Assembly: GCA_035084275.1 (NCBI GenBank)
Contig: CM068764.1
Span: 7,936,001-8,000,000 of the forward strand
Length of the DNA stretch: 64,000 nt
Origin: Hydrolagus colliei
Lineage: Eukaryota
Direction: 5' to 3'
Part shown: positions 1 to 15,000 of the stretch, one piece after another
Numbering within the stretch: the stretch's first letter is position 1
How the letters are laid out: each line of letters begins with the position of its first letter
The notes under the pieces: model-generated
Told to the model about the DNA's origin: nothing
The model's input: only the letters and a program-made list of their open reading frames with translations
Database searches by the model: none
Position numbers and translations under genes: made by a program

Positions 1-90
1 CATCCCTTGCCATTGATTCCCGCTGTAATGACTCCCGCAAATGATATCCCTTTACCGAGAGGTTAATTCACCCTGAATCCCAGTGAAGTT

Positions 91-3000
91 TTACAACATG
101 CTGGTGATAAAGTTGTACAACTGTGTGAGCACCACAAAGTGCACCGGGAGGCAGGAACGTCGGTCCTGGGTAGCAGGGTCACAGGTCAGCCAAGAGAGAG
201 CGTTGTACTGTTCTAAAACAAACCTGCGGTTCAAAGAATAAACATTTAGATCAGTGATTATTTTTTTTCACACAGTAAAAAATGGCGAACTGCTTAGGAT
301 GTAAGGATTTGCAAAGACCGTCTGCCACCCTCCTGGCAGTCACTAGACATGTTGTGTCATAAACTACATCCAGAGGTATTGCCCATAAACACAGTCAATT
401 TACTTTACAGTACATTTCATGAAGCACTTTGAAACGTCTAGAAGACGTGAAAAGCACTACATCAAGATGCAAGGATTATTATTATTTTCTAGCAGAATTC
501 TATCTAATTTGCCCTTGAAACGCATGACATTTTCTGCTTCCACTGTCTCCCCTCGGGAGCCTGTTCCATAAGTTTACGACTCGCTTGTTGACATACAATT
601 CCTGCAACAATTTACACAGCCAAGTCTCTCTTGTCCTTGATCCAGATCCAGTTCTATCTTAAGTTTCCCGTTTTCTCAAAGGAATGATAAACAATTTGTA
701 GTTTTTGATCATTTCAAACCACTCCTTTAATTAAGATATACCATAAAGCAGCCTGAATTAAAAGTCGGAATGGATTTCGATGTTGGCATAATCACAGTGT
801 GTGTGCGCATGTGTGTGGGAGAAGGAGGGGGTGGGGGGGGGGGGGGAGAACAAAAGAACAAGCACAGCACACTCACGCCAAAACTCAGCAGCTGTTAAAC
901 ATTGCCATGTGTTCTCTCCGCAGGGGGGCACGAGATCAAACAACATGACACTCGAACAATATATGGCACCTAATGTTTTATGGGGGAAGGGGAGGGGTGG
1001 CTGGAGGGAGGAACACAAAAGGAGTGCAGTAATGTCCCTGATAACTGGAAAAGCAACGCAGCAATGGATATGAACCAAGTTTGTGTGTCATTCCGGTGAA
1101 ATGGTACAAGCCAGTCCCAACTGAAATAGGAATACAATGCAAACTTAAGTGTTTATTCTAAGCTTGTAAAAATTTCAATGAATGTTTTTTCATACCTGAG
1201 CACATCAGAGGTCTGATTCGAATCGAGTGGGTGGGAGTGCTTACTGTGAAGCAGCTCATCTGAATGCACTGAAGGCACGTGGAGATGCAAAGAGGCCTGG
1301 AATAATAAAACAAATCATTTCAATGACACTTTCCATAACGTACAGGACAGGCATCTCTCAAAGTCACTGTGGAGCCCTGTAGCTCGGTGATTAGAGCACT
1401 CTCCTTACAAGCGTGAGACCTGTGTTTTGAATCCAGTCAGGTCAGGGCGAAACCTTGGGCAAGTTTCCTTACTCTACACATAGGCCTAATAATAATTCCG
1501 TTCTCCCAAAAAAGCAATAATAAATTGGTCATTTTCAATCCATGGCTGTTTGTGGGACACTGCTGTGTGCAATCGGCTGCCGCGCTTCTCCCACAGATAT
1601 ACAGTCAACAAAAGGTGGTGGAAGCAGATACAACAATAGCTTGCAAAAGGGAATTGGATAGGTACTTGAAAAGGAAAAATTTGTAGGGCTACATAGGGGT
1701 GAGGGCGGTAGATTGAGACCAGTCGGTAGCACTTTCAAAGAGCCGGCACAGGCATGGTGGGCTGAATGGCCTCCTCTTGTGCTTCAAGTTTCTATGATTA
1801 TGATTCTATAAAAGCGCTATAGGAGAAGAAGTATAATACTACCATCTAATGGCATGAAAAGGTAATGCATGGGTGTATGTAGACTGAACAAGGAAACCAG
1901 CCGTTTAGCCATGCTAGTGCTTCTACCTCACATGACACTACCCATTCCTTACTCCATCCCATACCTTCTATTCAATTCTCCCTCATGTAAATGATCTAAC
2001 TTCCTCTTAAGTGCGTCCACATTATATACTTCAACCACCATTTTGGGCAACTGGTTCCACATTTTTGCTACTTCTGCATGATGTAATTCCTCCTAAATTC
2101 TCTTTTAGATCCTACAGTCACTATCTTATACTGCGCCACCTGATTACTGACTCCTGACAAGTAGGAACAGTCTCGAACCCTATAATCCTAATAAACCTTC
2201 ACTGTACTCTTTCCATTGCTGCTATGTCTTTCTTAGTGTGGAGACCAGTTGGTTACAATCATTCATATATACAGCTTTAACATTACGTCCACAAAACAGA
2301 CGAATTATTTTACAATTCTGTGAATCGCTTTGAGACGTCTCGAAGACATTAATGTATCTTCACAATGTAAATGCCAACAATGTTTCAGTTATTACTCAAT
2401 TAGAGTTGAAAACTCAATACTAAATCAATAAAAAAAAAAGTCTCATTGTGAAATGTGCCAGTTTCTATCCAAAAGTGTTTTATTTGCAAGTCATGTTATT
2501 GAATGCGTTTAACCAATAAAAAAAAATAACTGAAATACTGGCAAAGCAACTTACATTAAACAAAAATGAAACAACCTAATCTCAACCAACAGATCTCAAC
2601 AAAAGGTGGTCCCTTAGTCAGTCACTGCCAACTTTTACAACTTTGAGTCCTGTAGCTCAGTGGTTAGAGTACTCGCCTTACAAGCGGGAGACCTGGGTTC
2701 AATTCCAGGAAGGGCGAAGCCTTGGGCAAGTTTCTTTACTCCACACGCCTAATATTAATCCCTTAAAAATATATATTTTTGGTCACTTCAATCTACGGCT
2801 GTGCGCAATTGGCTGCCGCATTTCGCACACAAATACATAGACGATTCACTTTACAGTATATCCAGTGAAGAGCTTTGAGACACCTAGAAGATGTGAAAAG
2901 CACTGTAACAAATGAAAGGAATATTATTGCCACCTGAATAAGATATGGCTGTATTTACCTTGAGAAAGAGTGGACATTGGTTCTGTGCTTGAGGGCAGGC

Positions 3001-6000
3001 TGACCAAAACCACTCGGGAAGTGGCCCAGCCTTCGCTGTCGAGACAAAGTAGCCCAGTGCCAACGGCTGCTGCAAAATGGTTACCTCATCGTGAGACTCC
3101 TGTCGATCGGTGCCCTGTCCCTGAGAAAAGTAAAAAGAAGTGATTGTTGGTTAGCATAAAAAAATCATTATCATATAATCATTTCAAACACACTCCACGT
3201 TTTTACGTTGGCCTTCACACAGGGTGACATGCACGCATTTCTGTGATTTCCTGAGTGCTTTCAGTCGAAGACTCTAGAGCAAAGAAGACATTTTAGTCCA
3301 TGCTTCCCTTCCAATGCTGCATAAAACTAACATAGCAACCGGTTTTTACCTTGCCAGTGTCACTACCATGTGGGTATTGAGACCCTGGTGAATGTACTGG
3401 TGACGTGGATGGAGATGCCGGCAAGTTAATGATGAGTTCAGGGTCTACCTCTGGGTCCAGCAAGTCAAAGATCTCAATCTCATCTGTAAAACAGAGGGCA
3501 AACGTCAAATAATAATAAAAAGTAAACACTTCAGTCTTTAAAGGGTAGTTTGGAAAAAAATATATATAGGTAGACCTCGCTCAACGCTTGCTTTGGTCAA
3601 TCTTCTTTCGTTATTACGTCGCTCGTGCGTAGGGGAACATATATTTTACATTGTGACGTTCGCTATTACGTCGTTCGCGTATGGCATACATAGACGCTGA
3701 GCGTCCAACACCTTGTACGGTTCGCTTAACGTCATTTAGCTAAAAGTCACACTTTTCGTGAACACAACTGCGACGTTAAGCGAGGACTAAGTGCATTTTC
3801 TTAATTCAACAAACCTAAAAAAAACTGGCAAAATTATCCCTAAACTCGGTAAATCTACTCACAGAATATGCTGATTCCACAGCCCTCAACCCAAAATGTG
3901 TCTAGAAAAGAAACAAAACACTAACCGACATTGTTGGTGTTGAATGGCAAATCAAATGGTTGGGTGGCAGATGCCACCTGCACAGTGGCAGAGGTAGGGA
4001 ACACCAGAATGTGAGTGCATGACGTATCTTGAGGTGTACTCAGCTGCGACGTCTGCATGTTAAGAGAGGTCCCGCGGCCAAACACAGATCCAACTGAGAC
4101 AGAGTCTGCAAACACAAAGAAAGAATAATATGCACCTGATTAATAAACCCGTGGGTCAGCCTGGTTCAATTAGTTTATTATTGTTAATGGTAACACTCTC
4201 ATCTCGAGTCAGAATGTTGTGGGTTCAAGCCTCACCTTGGGACTTGAAACTTATACAACAACAAACCATATATTTGTACAGCACCTCCCACGTCAGGAGG
4301 GAGTCCCAAGTATAAGATAACACTCCAATGCAGTCCTGGGGTGTGAGCTACATTGTTGGAGACACGGTCTTTTGAATCCAACATTAAACCGAGATCCCGT
4401 CTGCCCGATAGGTTTAAGACATGGACGATACCCAGTGCATTACTCAAAAAAGACAAGGGAATTTCCCAATCTACCTTCCCCCCAACTGCCCCCAAGGAAA
4501 AGTGAAAGGTGCTATACCTGAAGGCAATTATTATTATCATCATCATGAAGGAGCCCTATAGCTCAGTGGTTAGATCACTCGCCTTACAAGTGAGAGACCT
4601 GGGTTCCATTCCAGGCAGAGCGAAACCTTGAGCAAGTTTCCTGACTCCACACTCCTAATAATAATCCCTCAAGAAAAAATTGGTCATTTCGATCCATGGC
4701 TGTTTGTGGGACACCGCTGTGCGCAATTGGCTGCCGCGTTTCGCCCGTATATAGTCAATTCACTTTACAGTGCACTGTGAAGCGCTTTGAAACGTGAAAA
4801 ATGCTATATCAAATGCAAGGATTATTATTATCATCATCATCGTCGTCAAATGTTTAGTCCCCAAGTCTCAATCGCAGGATGCTTAGACTGTTATAGATTT
4901 CCCAACTATTCATACCTGGCATGATCACAAACGAGCCCTGTGGTTCCATGGCAACTAAACACGCACTGAGGATACTGGGAGAATCAGCCGCGGAGATACC
5001 ACACATCCTGCACGTGTCCTTCAGCCGGCGGCTCAGGGACAGGAGAGTGCGTCGACAAAGCAAACAACTCCAGTCTGTAAGAAACAATTTGAGTTGACAA
5101 CCACGGGAGCAGGGGGTCAGGAAATGTGCGTCAGATATGATCGTGCTCTTATACACAATCACGGTTACCCTGTCAAGAAGGATTAAAGTGCCATTTTGAC
5201 AGTGTTTTTATAGCAGCTTGCAATATCAGACCGTCTCGCGTCGCGTGATTTAAGAGTAAGCGAGGAAGTGGGAAGAAAATAAGACCTCATACTTGAGGCT
5301 AGTTTCAATTTAAAAAAAACGCACCAAGCTCCGCGACCACATTATATAAGTAACGCGTAGCTCCAGGGAGCGAAATCTCTCTCTGGAATTCCCAATAACT
5401 TACTTTGAGAAAGTGGCAAACAAATAAAGCAGCACTGAGCACTCACTGCAACTGTTGTAGGATGCTGCACAATTCACTCGTGTTACGTCTCTTCCAATTG
5501 TCTCTCCCCCTACCTTTTAACTCTCCGTGTCCAAGCCTCCCCAGGCGTCCGACAACGACACGCCAGGGCAATGAAGTCATCTGCATGATACCCAGGCACC
5601 AGTCCCACAGTTTCTGCAGCCCCATTCTCCTGGCTGAACCTTTCCGTCTCCGAGCTCTGTCAACGTCACAAACAGAATGGCTATTAATCACCATTAACAA
5701 CAAAGATAGATTTTTTACAACTTTTATCTTCTTTACTACCAATTACGAATATGTATTGTATTCCACCCACAAAATGTGCAGTCGATTCATTTTACAGTAT
5801 ATTCTGTGAGGCATGTCGGAACAAGTGATAAAGGCACGATATCAAATGCAATGATTATTATTCTGACAATAATAATAATAATCCTTACATTTATATAGCG
5901 CTTTCCACGTCTTATCGACGACTCAAAGCGCTTCACAGAATACAACAACATCCCACAGTTGGGACCAGAGCAGGGGTGGGAGGGAGAAGACAAGAGGAAA

Positions 6001-9000
6001 GGGGGGAAAAGAGATAGGGACCAGAGCGGTGGGGAGGGGTCGTGGTTGGGGGAAGGAAAGTAGGAAAATTGACTATATATTTGTGGGAGAAACTACCAGT
6101 TTGAATTGCTGTCAGTTTGAAAAGAGGTTGGTGTAGAATGAGTTAATTACTCTGAATGGTGTTTTCCTCAATATTACATACCTGTTTGGAACATCAATAT
6201 TAATGACACAAGTTTCCAGCAACTCCCCATAGAGATCAGTGCATGTTGCAAGGAGCCACTTCTGATCGTGTGATAAGCAATAGCCAACAAAAAGGACATT
6301 GTACTTCTGACTAGCCTCTCCGAAGGTCTCTCCCAGCTCAGTTTGTTTATCCTTCACCGGGGCCAAGATAAATGGTGGGGTGTAAATACGCACACACTCT
6401 GGCCTCTGTAGCAAAATGGAAGACGTTTACAATGGATTCATCTTTGTATAAAACTCAGTGAGTTAAAAACAGTGTAATATTAAACTACGTAGATCCTCAA
6501 TCCAAGATCTTTTAAAAAAAACTCTGTACTTTGCGGAATTAGCACAACTCGACAGGCAAAAACAGGATCCGGATACGATCCCAAAACATAAACGGGGAAG
6601 AGGGGGGAGTGGGGGGGGGGGGGGGGAGAGAGAGAGAAAAAAAAATGATGGGAAAGAGAGACGGTGAAAAATGACATCAGCCAGATATCTAGTTCCTGAT
6701 TTCTAGCCAGGGAACTCTTGCTGGACAGTATAATGTGCGGTTGTCTGATGAAGACTGGATTGTCAGGCTGGGCTTGCATTTCCATCAGCACTGCGGGGTG
6801 AAAAATAATTACTTAAGCAAGGCTGATGGCTGCTGACACCTGCCCTTTCGGAAGAAGAGGAAGTGATTTTAAATTATTCACACCACAGGGGATCAACCGC
6901 ATAGTTGTTCTCAACAGTAATTACCTTAAGAGTGTGTCTCTTATTGTATATGAATCCAGCAGGCAATTTGCACACGCTATGTCCCACAAGCCTTGGGGGT
7001 ATTGATGGAAGTCAAAGCAGCTTAAAAATGCAGTTTGTCAATGCAGAACGAGACGGGTGGCCGAATATTATTACATCTATAAAGTCCCTGCCTCCGTTCT
7101 GCTTCTGGTATTTCAGATTATCTTTTCATTTCATGCGACAGCCTGGCTCAGTTGGTGGCATCCTCACCTCTAAGTCAGACTTCTGTGATTCAAGCCCCAT
7201 GTCAGGGAATTTTGAGTTGAGTCGAGCTAGCTGATGCTCCAGTGAAATGCTGGACTGCAGCACCACATAGTCAAACACCATGTTTCAGGTGAGATATTTT
7301 AACGAGGTGCCATTTGTGCCTGTTTACGCAGACATTAAAATCCGGGCACTTTTTGCAAAGAGAAGGGAGTGTCCCCAGTGTTCCAGCCAACAAACCCATA
7401 AAAAAAAATGAGTTACTTAGATGGCTGGGATTCTGGGACATTGCTACACTTAAACTAGCTGCTGTGTTCCCCCTGATTGAGCCAATTTCTTTAAAAAAAA
7501 CATTTTTTTAATATAAAAACTTTCTAGCCTTGGAGTACACAGCTGAATGAATTGTAGCATCCCTGTAGTTACTCTGACTGAATTCATTCCAGGTCTCAAA
7601 CATGGAATCTTTCACTTTGATAGATCAGTAAGACACTACAGAACCCATTTACCCAATGTAAAACCAGAGTCCTCAGATTTTAAATTAAATACTGTAAACG
7701 TTAAATTGAAAGAGCAAACACCAACTGTGTGGTAGGAAAGACATAAAGTTAGGGGGAGAGGGGGACGGCACGAGAAGTGAGACACTTTTAAACAAAGCAT
7801 ACTTACATCTGGACTCTTTAAGGTGCTATCCAGGGCCAGTCCTGGTCCAAATCCTGTTAGTGCCTTCACATAAGTGGAAGCTGGTAAGGGTCTACGACAT
7901 TGAGTGAACACAGAGAATGCCAGGGATTTAAGGTGCTGGGAATATAGGTGACGATCATCATTTTTCACGGGTTGCAACAGGTACTGACATGGAATAATCT
8001 GGGAAGAGAGAAAAACTGATAAATATCAAAATATCTTGAAACCAAAACTAGGCTGAATGAGAGTGTTAACAAATCCTTCCATTTTCATGTTCCTGTTAAA
8101 TATACAGTTATTTGTATATACCAAATAACTATATTGTATATACTTTTATACCAAGTTGGGCATTGATTCAGCCTGGCTCAATCAGTGCCCAGCTTGGGAA
8201 TCAGAAGGCTGAGGATTGAAGCCAAATGTTGGGACTCTTATGAGTTCATAGTCAAGGCTGACAATGCTGTGCTTGGGGGAATATTTGCATATTTCTACAT
8301 AGTGATCAGTGTTACTTTAAAATCCATTTAAAGTTTTAAATTCAAATTTGACCTGAAATATTTACATAATATTTCACATATAAGTTGGATATCTCATTAT
8401 GACACAGGGGTTAGACGTACGGTTTTCAGTGACTTAGAAAAACATTACAACAGTCTAGAAAAGGAGATGGGTACTTAGGAAATAAAGGTACAGATATTCA
8501 GCAATATGGAGAAATTAGACTAAAAACAATCTAGGCTCTGAGGACCTTTCGGACAAACTGGCGGAAGTTTGAAATCACTCACCTTTACAGATATTGCATT
8601 CCTGATGTTCTGTGGTAGCAAATGGATCATTTCCAGGTAGCAACGTAACAGACCCAATGTCCAAACACTTGAAGGTGCAGAACCTTCATCCTCCACATTG
8701 TATGTAAAAGGATCCACAAAATACACGACAATCGATGGTGGGTAGGTAATGGCATGGGATTCCCCCTCTGTAGGCACTCCAATTTTATCCCTTTCCATGG
8801 CACTGCAACAGCAATGAATCCGTCAAGACCTTCATTTTACACTGCATTTACTCAGATCACTTTCAGCAGAAGGATTAGTCAAGTTTCCTTACTCCACACA
8901 CGCACTTAATAATAATCCCTCCACCCCAAAAATGTATAAAAGTGGTCATTTCAATCGACCAATGTTTGTGGGACACTGCTGCAACTGGCTGCTGCGTATC

Positions 9001-12000
9001 ACCCACAAATATAGTCAATTCGCTTTACAGTATATTCTGTGAAGCGCTTTGAGATGTCTAGAAGACGTGAAAAGTGCTATATCAAAAAATGCAAGGATTA
9101 TTATTATATTGTTAAAGATTCTCAGGAGAGATTATTTATCTTGTCTCCTGAACTCGTCAATGTTAGAAGGCCAGGACTTGAAATTAAAAATAATTTAAAA
9201 AAAACCTCAGGTTTTTCTGTCAGAGTGAGATGAAAAAAAATTGATACAGCCACGGTCACTCCAAATACAGGCAATCAGAACAAGGGACGGCACCTTGCAA
9301 ATGATGTCGCCTTAAATTAAAGCTTCTTAAAAGAGGCTCCTTTAACTTTTCCCCACCCCCATTTTCCTGCCCAAAAAGCTGAGTTTTACCCAGTGGCTAC
9401 ATGAAGGATGTCAAATAAGGAATTAGAAAATTACATTTGATGCAAGTCACCCCAACACACTGCTCTTACCTCTCCGGAGGTTCTTGTTGCTGTAGCCCCA
9501 TGGTACCTGCTGTTGTATCAATCGACGCCCCTACTATCTGCTGACCCAATTGTCCACTCTGTGCGGCCGGACCCTGCATAGACTGCGCCCCAGAAGAACT
9601 GCTCAAGTGTCCGAAGGGAGGAAAGGAGGGAGACGGTTTCACTGAAGGCATCCCACTTCCCAAGGTCGCGGAGGCACAGGTGACGTTTGACGATGGAGGA
9701 GTAGTGACTGTGGAGGTGATGGAGGAGTTAACAACAGTTGCCACAGTAGTGGTTGGGACAGGAGCAGGAGTGGAGGATGCAGCAGATGAAAGCCCAGCGG
9801 GAATCTGTACTGAGCTCTGGCAAGTAGCAGACTGACTTGATGAGGAAACAGGGTTAGGCTGTGACAGCAACGAATTGTCTAGAATCTGAGCAGCAAGATA
9901 CGGACCTGAAAAAAAAGGAAAATTTAATTTGAGAAGCGTTTTAGAAAATTCTAGTTCTAAAGTGAATGATAATAATAATCCTTGAATTTGATATAGCACT
10001 TTTCAGATCTTATCAATGTCTCAAAGCACTTCACAGAATAGACTGCAAAGTGAATTGACTGTAAATTTGTGGGCAAAATGTGGCAGCCAATTGCACACAG
10101 CAGCGTCCCCACAAACAGTCGTGGATTGAAATGACAGTCAGAGCTCATAACCAAATGTGCAAATGAGGGGAAAGATGCAATTGTCTGCTACGGGTGACAT
10201 TAGAGGAGTTAGCCTGAGATACGGGTCTCGGGAAATCCATTATACTGGATGCTGAGAGCACCACAACAATTTAGCGTCTCAGAATGCCATGTAACGTCTC
10301 AGAGCGCTTAATAATAATAATACTCCTTGCATTTGATATAGCGCTTTTCACATCTTCTAGACGTCTCAAAGTGCTTCACAGATTATTCTATAAAGTGAAT
10401 TGACTGTATATTTGTGGGCTTAATGTTTCACATGTCTGACTGCATTGAAAGAAAGTGTAGAATTCAAGACATGAAGCACTCCATCACAGCATATCCGTAG
10501 ATAGTCTAAACAAAAAAATGTGCCTACCAAGATTGTGTCTGCATACTTGAGCGTAAAGTTTGAGTTTGGAAAATGCTTCGTTATTGCTGTTCGCACAGTG
10601 CTGCAGGAACCAATCGTTTACTGGCTGTTCCACAAGTTTCGCTGCTGCTTTGGTCCCCACTGTCATGATGCCGTCAGGAAGCAGTTTTGAGATCGGTCTG
10701 TGCTGGCCCAGTCTACAAGACTACGTGAGAAATAATAGCATTTGATAAAGCGCCTCATCGCGTCGTTGAGACATCTCAAAGTGCTTCAACAACAACAGCT
10801 TGCATTTACATAGCGCCCTTCACGGCGGATGGCATCTAGGGAGCGCTCGACAGAATACAGTGTAAAGTGCGAGTATATTTTGTGCGCAAAACCTAGCAGC
10901 CAATTGTGTACAGCGGTGTCCCACAAACGATTGTGGATTGAGTGACCAAATTGTTTTAATTTACTGTTTTTAAAACGATTAACACTGTTAATAATTGACC
11001 TTTCCCCCCCCCCCCCCCCAGCCAACAACGTGAAAGGAAAATAATTTTATTTCGCAAAACGGTTTGCTTTTTAAAACTGTGCGGTGACATCTCAAGCACG
11101 ACTTACCTCGTAGACTGCACCGAGATCTCGAAAGAAACTCTGCGCCCCATTTAAGAGGGCCTCATTTTCTGGACATACCACTACGTAGCCAACATCCCTC
11201 TGCGATCCATATGGTTCCAGGAGCAGCTTCTCCCAGTAGGGCAACGCAAATGGAGATAGCACGAGGAAATCACATTCGTAACCCAACATGAAAGTCGGGA
11301 TAGGCAGTGGCTCTGGTGATTCGTCTGTACCTGGTAAGGAAAAGAAAACACAACGGCGTAAATCCTGCTTTGAGGCTGCCTCTTAAAATGAGGACACACA
11401 ACCAAATACAATGATTATTACTAACTAACTTAAATTTCACCCCACTCCCCCAACCCACCCCTCCCACCCCTGGTCAAAAAAAACAGTGAAATTGTATAAC
11501 CAGAGACACGGTATGAAGGGTATAAGACCGGTTTACCATAAGATCCTCGTCCAGCCATTTTATGGAATTGTTGCCATGTGAGGGGCCCTTGTACATGTTG
11601 GATGCTCTCCCATGACCTGACGGCCCGTTTTTTCTGAATGGCGTCCTGCAGCACAGGCTGGAGTGAGAGGAGCAAACGCAGAAGGTCTTGCGAACACAGC
11701 ATGCTGACGTCCACAGCTGGAAAAAATAATTTACCAAGTAACCTTTAGACAATATCAACAGAAATAAGTTTCGAGGCTTCGAAAATGTGAAAAATAAAAA
11801 GCAATTTCCAATAATCAAAAATCGAAATGTGAAATACGTGATCGTGCAAAGCAAGTGATGCAATTTCAAATTCAGGTGTTAAAAATTAAAGAAATTAAAC
11901 AGCATATACTGTCTCACTCGCTCCACCATCCCTTTCCCGAACTCTCCCTCCCACCCTCCCTGCCTCCGGTTACTGTGAAATTCTCTGGGATGTTATTCCG

Positions 12001-15000
12001 CAAAAATGCTATATAAGTGCAAGCTGTTGTACAAACAGCTGTTTCAGGACCTCTGTTCAATTTAGATCTAAAGTGCAGTCACTATACCGTGAAGGATATA
12101 AGATGCTTTGAGACATCTCAACAATATAAAGGTGCTATATCAAATGCTTGAATTATTATCATCATCGGCTTCTTGGTGCGTTGAATGGTGCAAGTCAATT
12201 ATTGAGTTATCCAGCAATCCCAGGTAGAAATTGTGCACTGAGATGAAGATTTGGGGCTTGGTTAAGATGTCCCGTATCACTCACAGCCGACCAAAAACAT
12301 ACCCCATTAATGTCAGCATACCCCTTCATGCATTACAACAACTAAATTACATCTGTAGAGCGTCTTTGACGTCAGGAGGACGTCCCAAGGCGCTGCATCA
12401 GATGAGGAAACAAACAGCAAAGTACTAACCAATTTAAGAACAAAATAAGAAGTGGATTGGAAGAATAGCAAGCAAATCTCAATCCTAGATTTTTAGGTTA
12501 GTAAATGGTTACTAACCATTTCGTTTAGACCAGAGGTGCAAACAAGAGCTTTTCACAAGTGCTTCATCCAGCTTGCCTCCCGACATATTGTCCATGAACT
12601 GGCATCCCTGCTCCAAAGCAGTGTAGCATTCCCTATAGTAGTCTCGATCTTCCATACGCACCGGCGGGCTAATAGTTCGGAGTTTTGCTACCAGCAATGG
12701 ATCAACTGATCTCATAGGCGAGAACGGGTTTGTACACTGGTCCTGAAGTAGCAACATTAACTCGTCAGGCACTTTCTCAGGCTCCTTCAGGTTTCCTTCA
12801 CTCTGCTCGAGCGCAACGTTCCTGAGATCTTCGAGACGCTTCTCGGCTTCTCTGCTGCAGTCCGTATTGCGACCTACTATGTCCAATTCGTCTTCCAGGA
12901 AGAGCCCGGAGTTGTTCCCAAACTTCCTGTTCATCACAGCGCTAAATCCGCACATGCACCTGAACTGCACCTCATTGGTGGGGTCTGGGACGTACAGACC
13001 AATATCGGCTCCTTTGATGTTCATATTGCAGACGCAGATGCAACAGCTGTCAAAGTTGCAGTCCTTGAACAGGTTCATGATGGAATCGGATAGAATCAGG
13101 TTCACGTAAAGACTGTGTGCCTCGGGTATGGACTGCACCGTGGCGGGTTCCACCGAATTCAGCGGCCGGCAAGTCGAAGGCGTGGAGGCGGGTGAATACA
13201 AATCAGAATTATCGTACTTCACAGAGCCCTGGACACTGGCCGGGCCGCGAGGTGTACGTGGAGTCCGCGGCGTCCTTGGGGTCGGCGCAGAAATTCGCGG
13301 TGTGGCTGGTGACGGGAGGACACCAGCACCACTGTTGCTGGGAGGGGCACTGTTCGTCAGTCCAAAAGGGGTATGAGTCTGTGGTGTGCACGTCTGAATG
13401 TAATCCTGGTCCATTCCACTGCCAACACTCGGAATGTTTCTAGAAAACAAAGCACACACAATGTCACTACGTAAATGCTTAAAACCATAGCTATTAAATC
13501 AGTCTCTTAATCCATGATCGTTCATGGGACACTGCTGTGGGCAATTGGTTGCCGCGTTTCGCCCAAGTAACACGCACTAAAGTATTCACTTAACAGTTTA
13601 TTCTGTGAAGCGCTTTACGAGACCTGTAGAACAAGTTATATCAAATGCAAGGATTATTATTATTGAAACACAAGTCATAGTACAAACTCACATGTCTCTG
13701 ATGTATGGCATGGAAGGTACAGGAGGAAGCAGGTCCAGTTTGCCAACTGTCCATGAAGGGCGATATACACACTCCTCCGGCAGTTTAATAGGAGCCAGAC
13801 ACTGACTTGGTAAGATTTTCAGTGGTGCAAATAATGTACAACCTACATACGCATGACACTTCTCGGGGTTGTAAACATAAGAAAAATCCTGCAAACAGAT
13901 AAACCAAAACGCCTCATTAGTTATTACGGTATTAATGCTCCAGTTGTTTCAAGGCACATCTCAAACAATACCCCCGGACTATGCTTTGGAAACCTTTCTC
14001 TGCCACTGCTGTTGGATCCCACCCCCAGCTCAGGTGCCCATCAATCACTGTGAATGAGCTTTGGACATCTTCCCAATGTGAAAGGAGTGAGCGATAGCTA
14101 CATTCACTCTCTCTCACACACACAATGAATTCACTTTAGTGAATCCTGTGAAACAGTTTGAGACGTCTCGAAGCGGCGATAAGGCCCTAAATATCAAATG
14201 AAAGCAATATTTTATATATAATGTGTGTATATGTATATATATATTTATATATAAAAAATAGGTTGTTTTCATGCTAACTATTTAAAAATTGTTATACACA
14301 CACACACCTTGATTTCTGAAGGTTTAGGGCTACCCATCCCCTCTTCCACCTCAATCTTGAAAGAATTCAGATAATGACTGTCGAGAGTCATTCCCGAGGT
14401 GTTATCGAGACTTCCAAATTCTTTGTTTATGTTCATTGGAGAGTAGCCTGGACCATGCTGTTCCAAGGATGGAGGTGTCGGGAACATCTGTTGTAGGTCA
14501 GCAGAACCTGTGAGAACAAAATCAATTAGAATGAACTGGGAATAAAGTTGGATAGCAGTGAACAGGAAAATACGAACAGTCATTAAGATAACAGTACATT
14601 CTCAAACTAAGGTTAACTTTTGGCTTCAAGCATTATAAATCTTGTTGCTGCTTTCAAGCTATATGTTTCCCAACTGTGGCCCTCAAAGCACTTTATCTCC
14701 TCTATTAAGTCCAGGCTGACATATATGGAACCTGAAGGCTGAAAGATAAGTTGCTTAGCCCAGATCAACAATGTTTGACTATTAGATTAACGAGTAGCTA
14801 TTAAGACGATCCTAAAAGCTGACAATAAAAAAAAAGCAACATAAACATTAAAAGATGTTCTCGGTTAAAATCAGTGTTGGGATGATGTGAATAAAGACTT
14901 ATTACACCGCTGAACAATGCTTTATAATATTGTAGTATTCATGAAGGTACTTGTACATAAATTGCGGCAAATATGCTATGTAATTGCAGACATAAATGCA

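Noticed and set aside
2645-2715. tRNA-Val(TAC)-like sequence (also at 1371, 4550, 16540, 20389, 30614 and 42462)
   Set aside because: There is no proper acceptor stem, most copies run directly into SINE body sequence, and the copies differ from each other; these are SINE heads, not tRNA genes.
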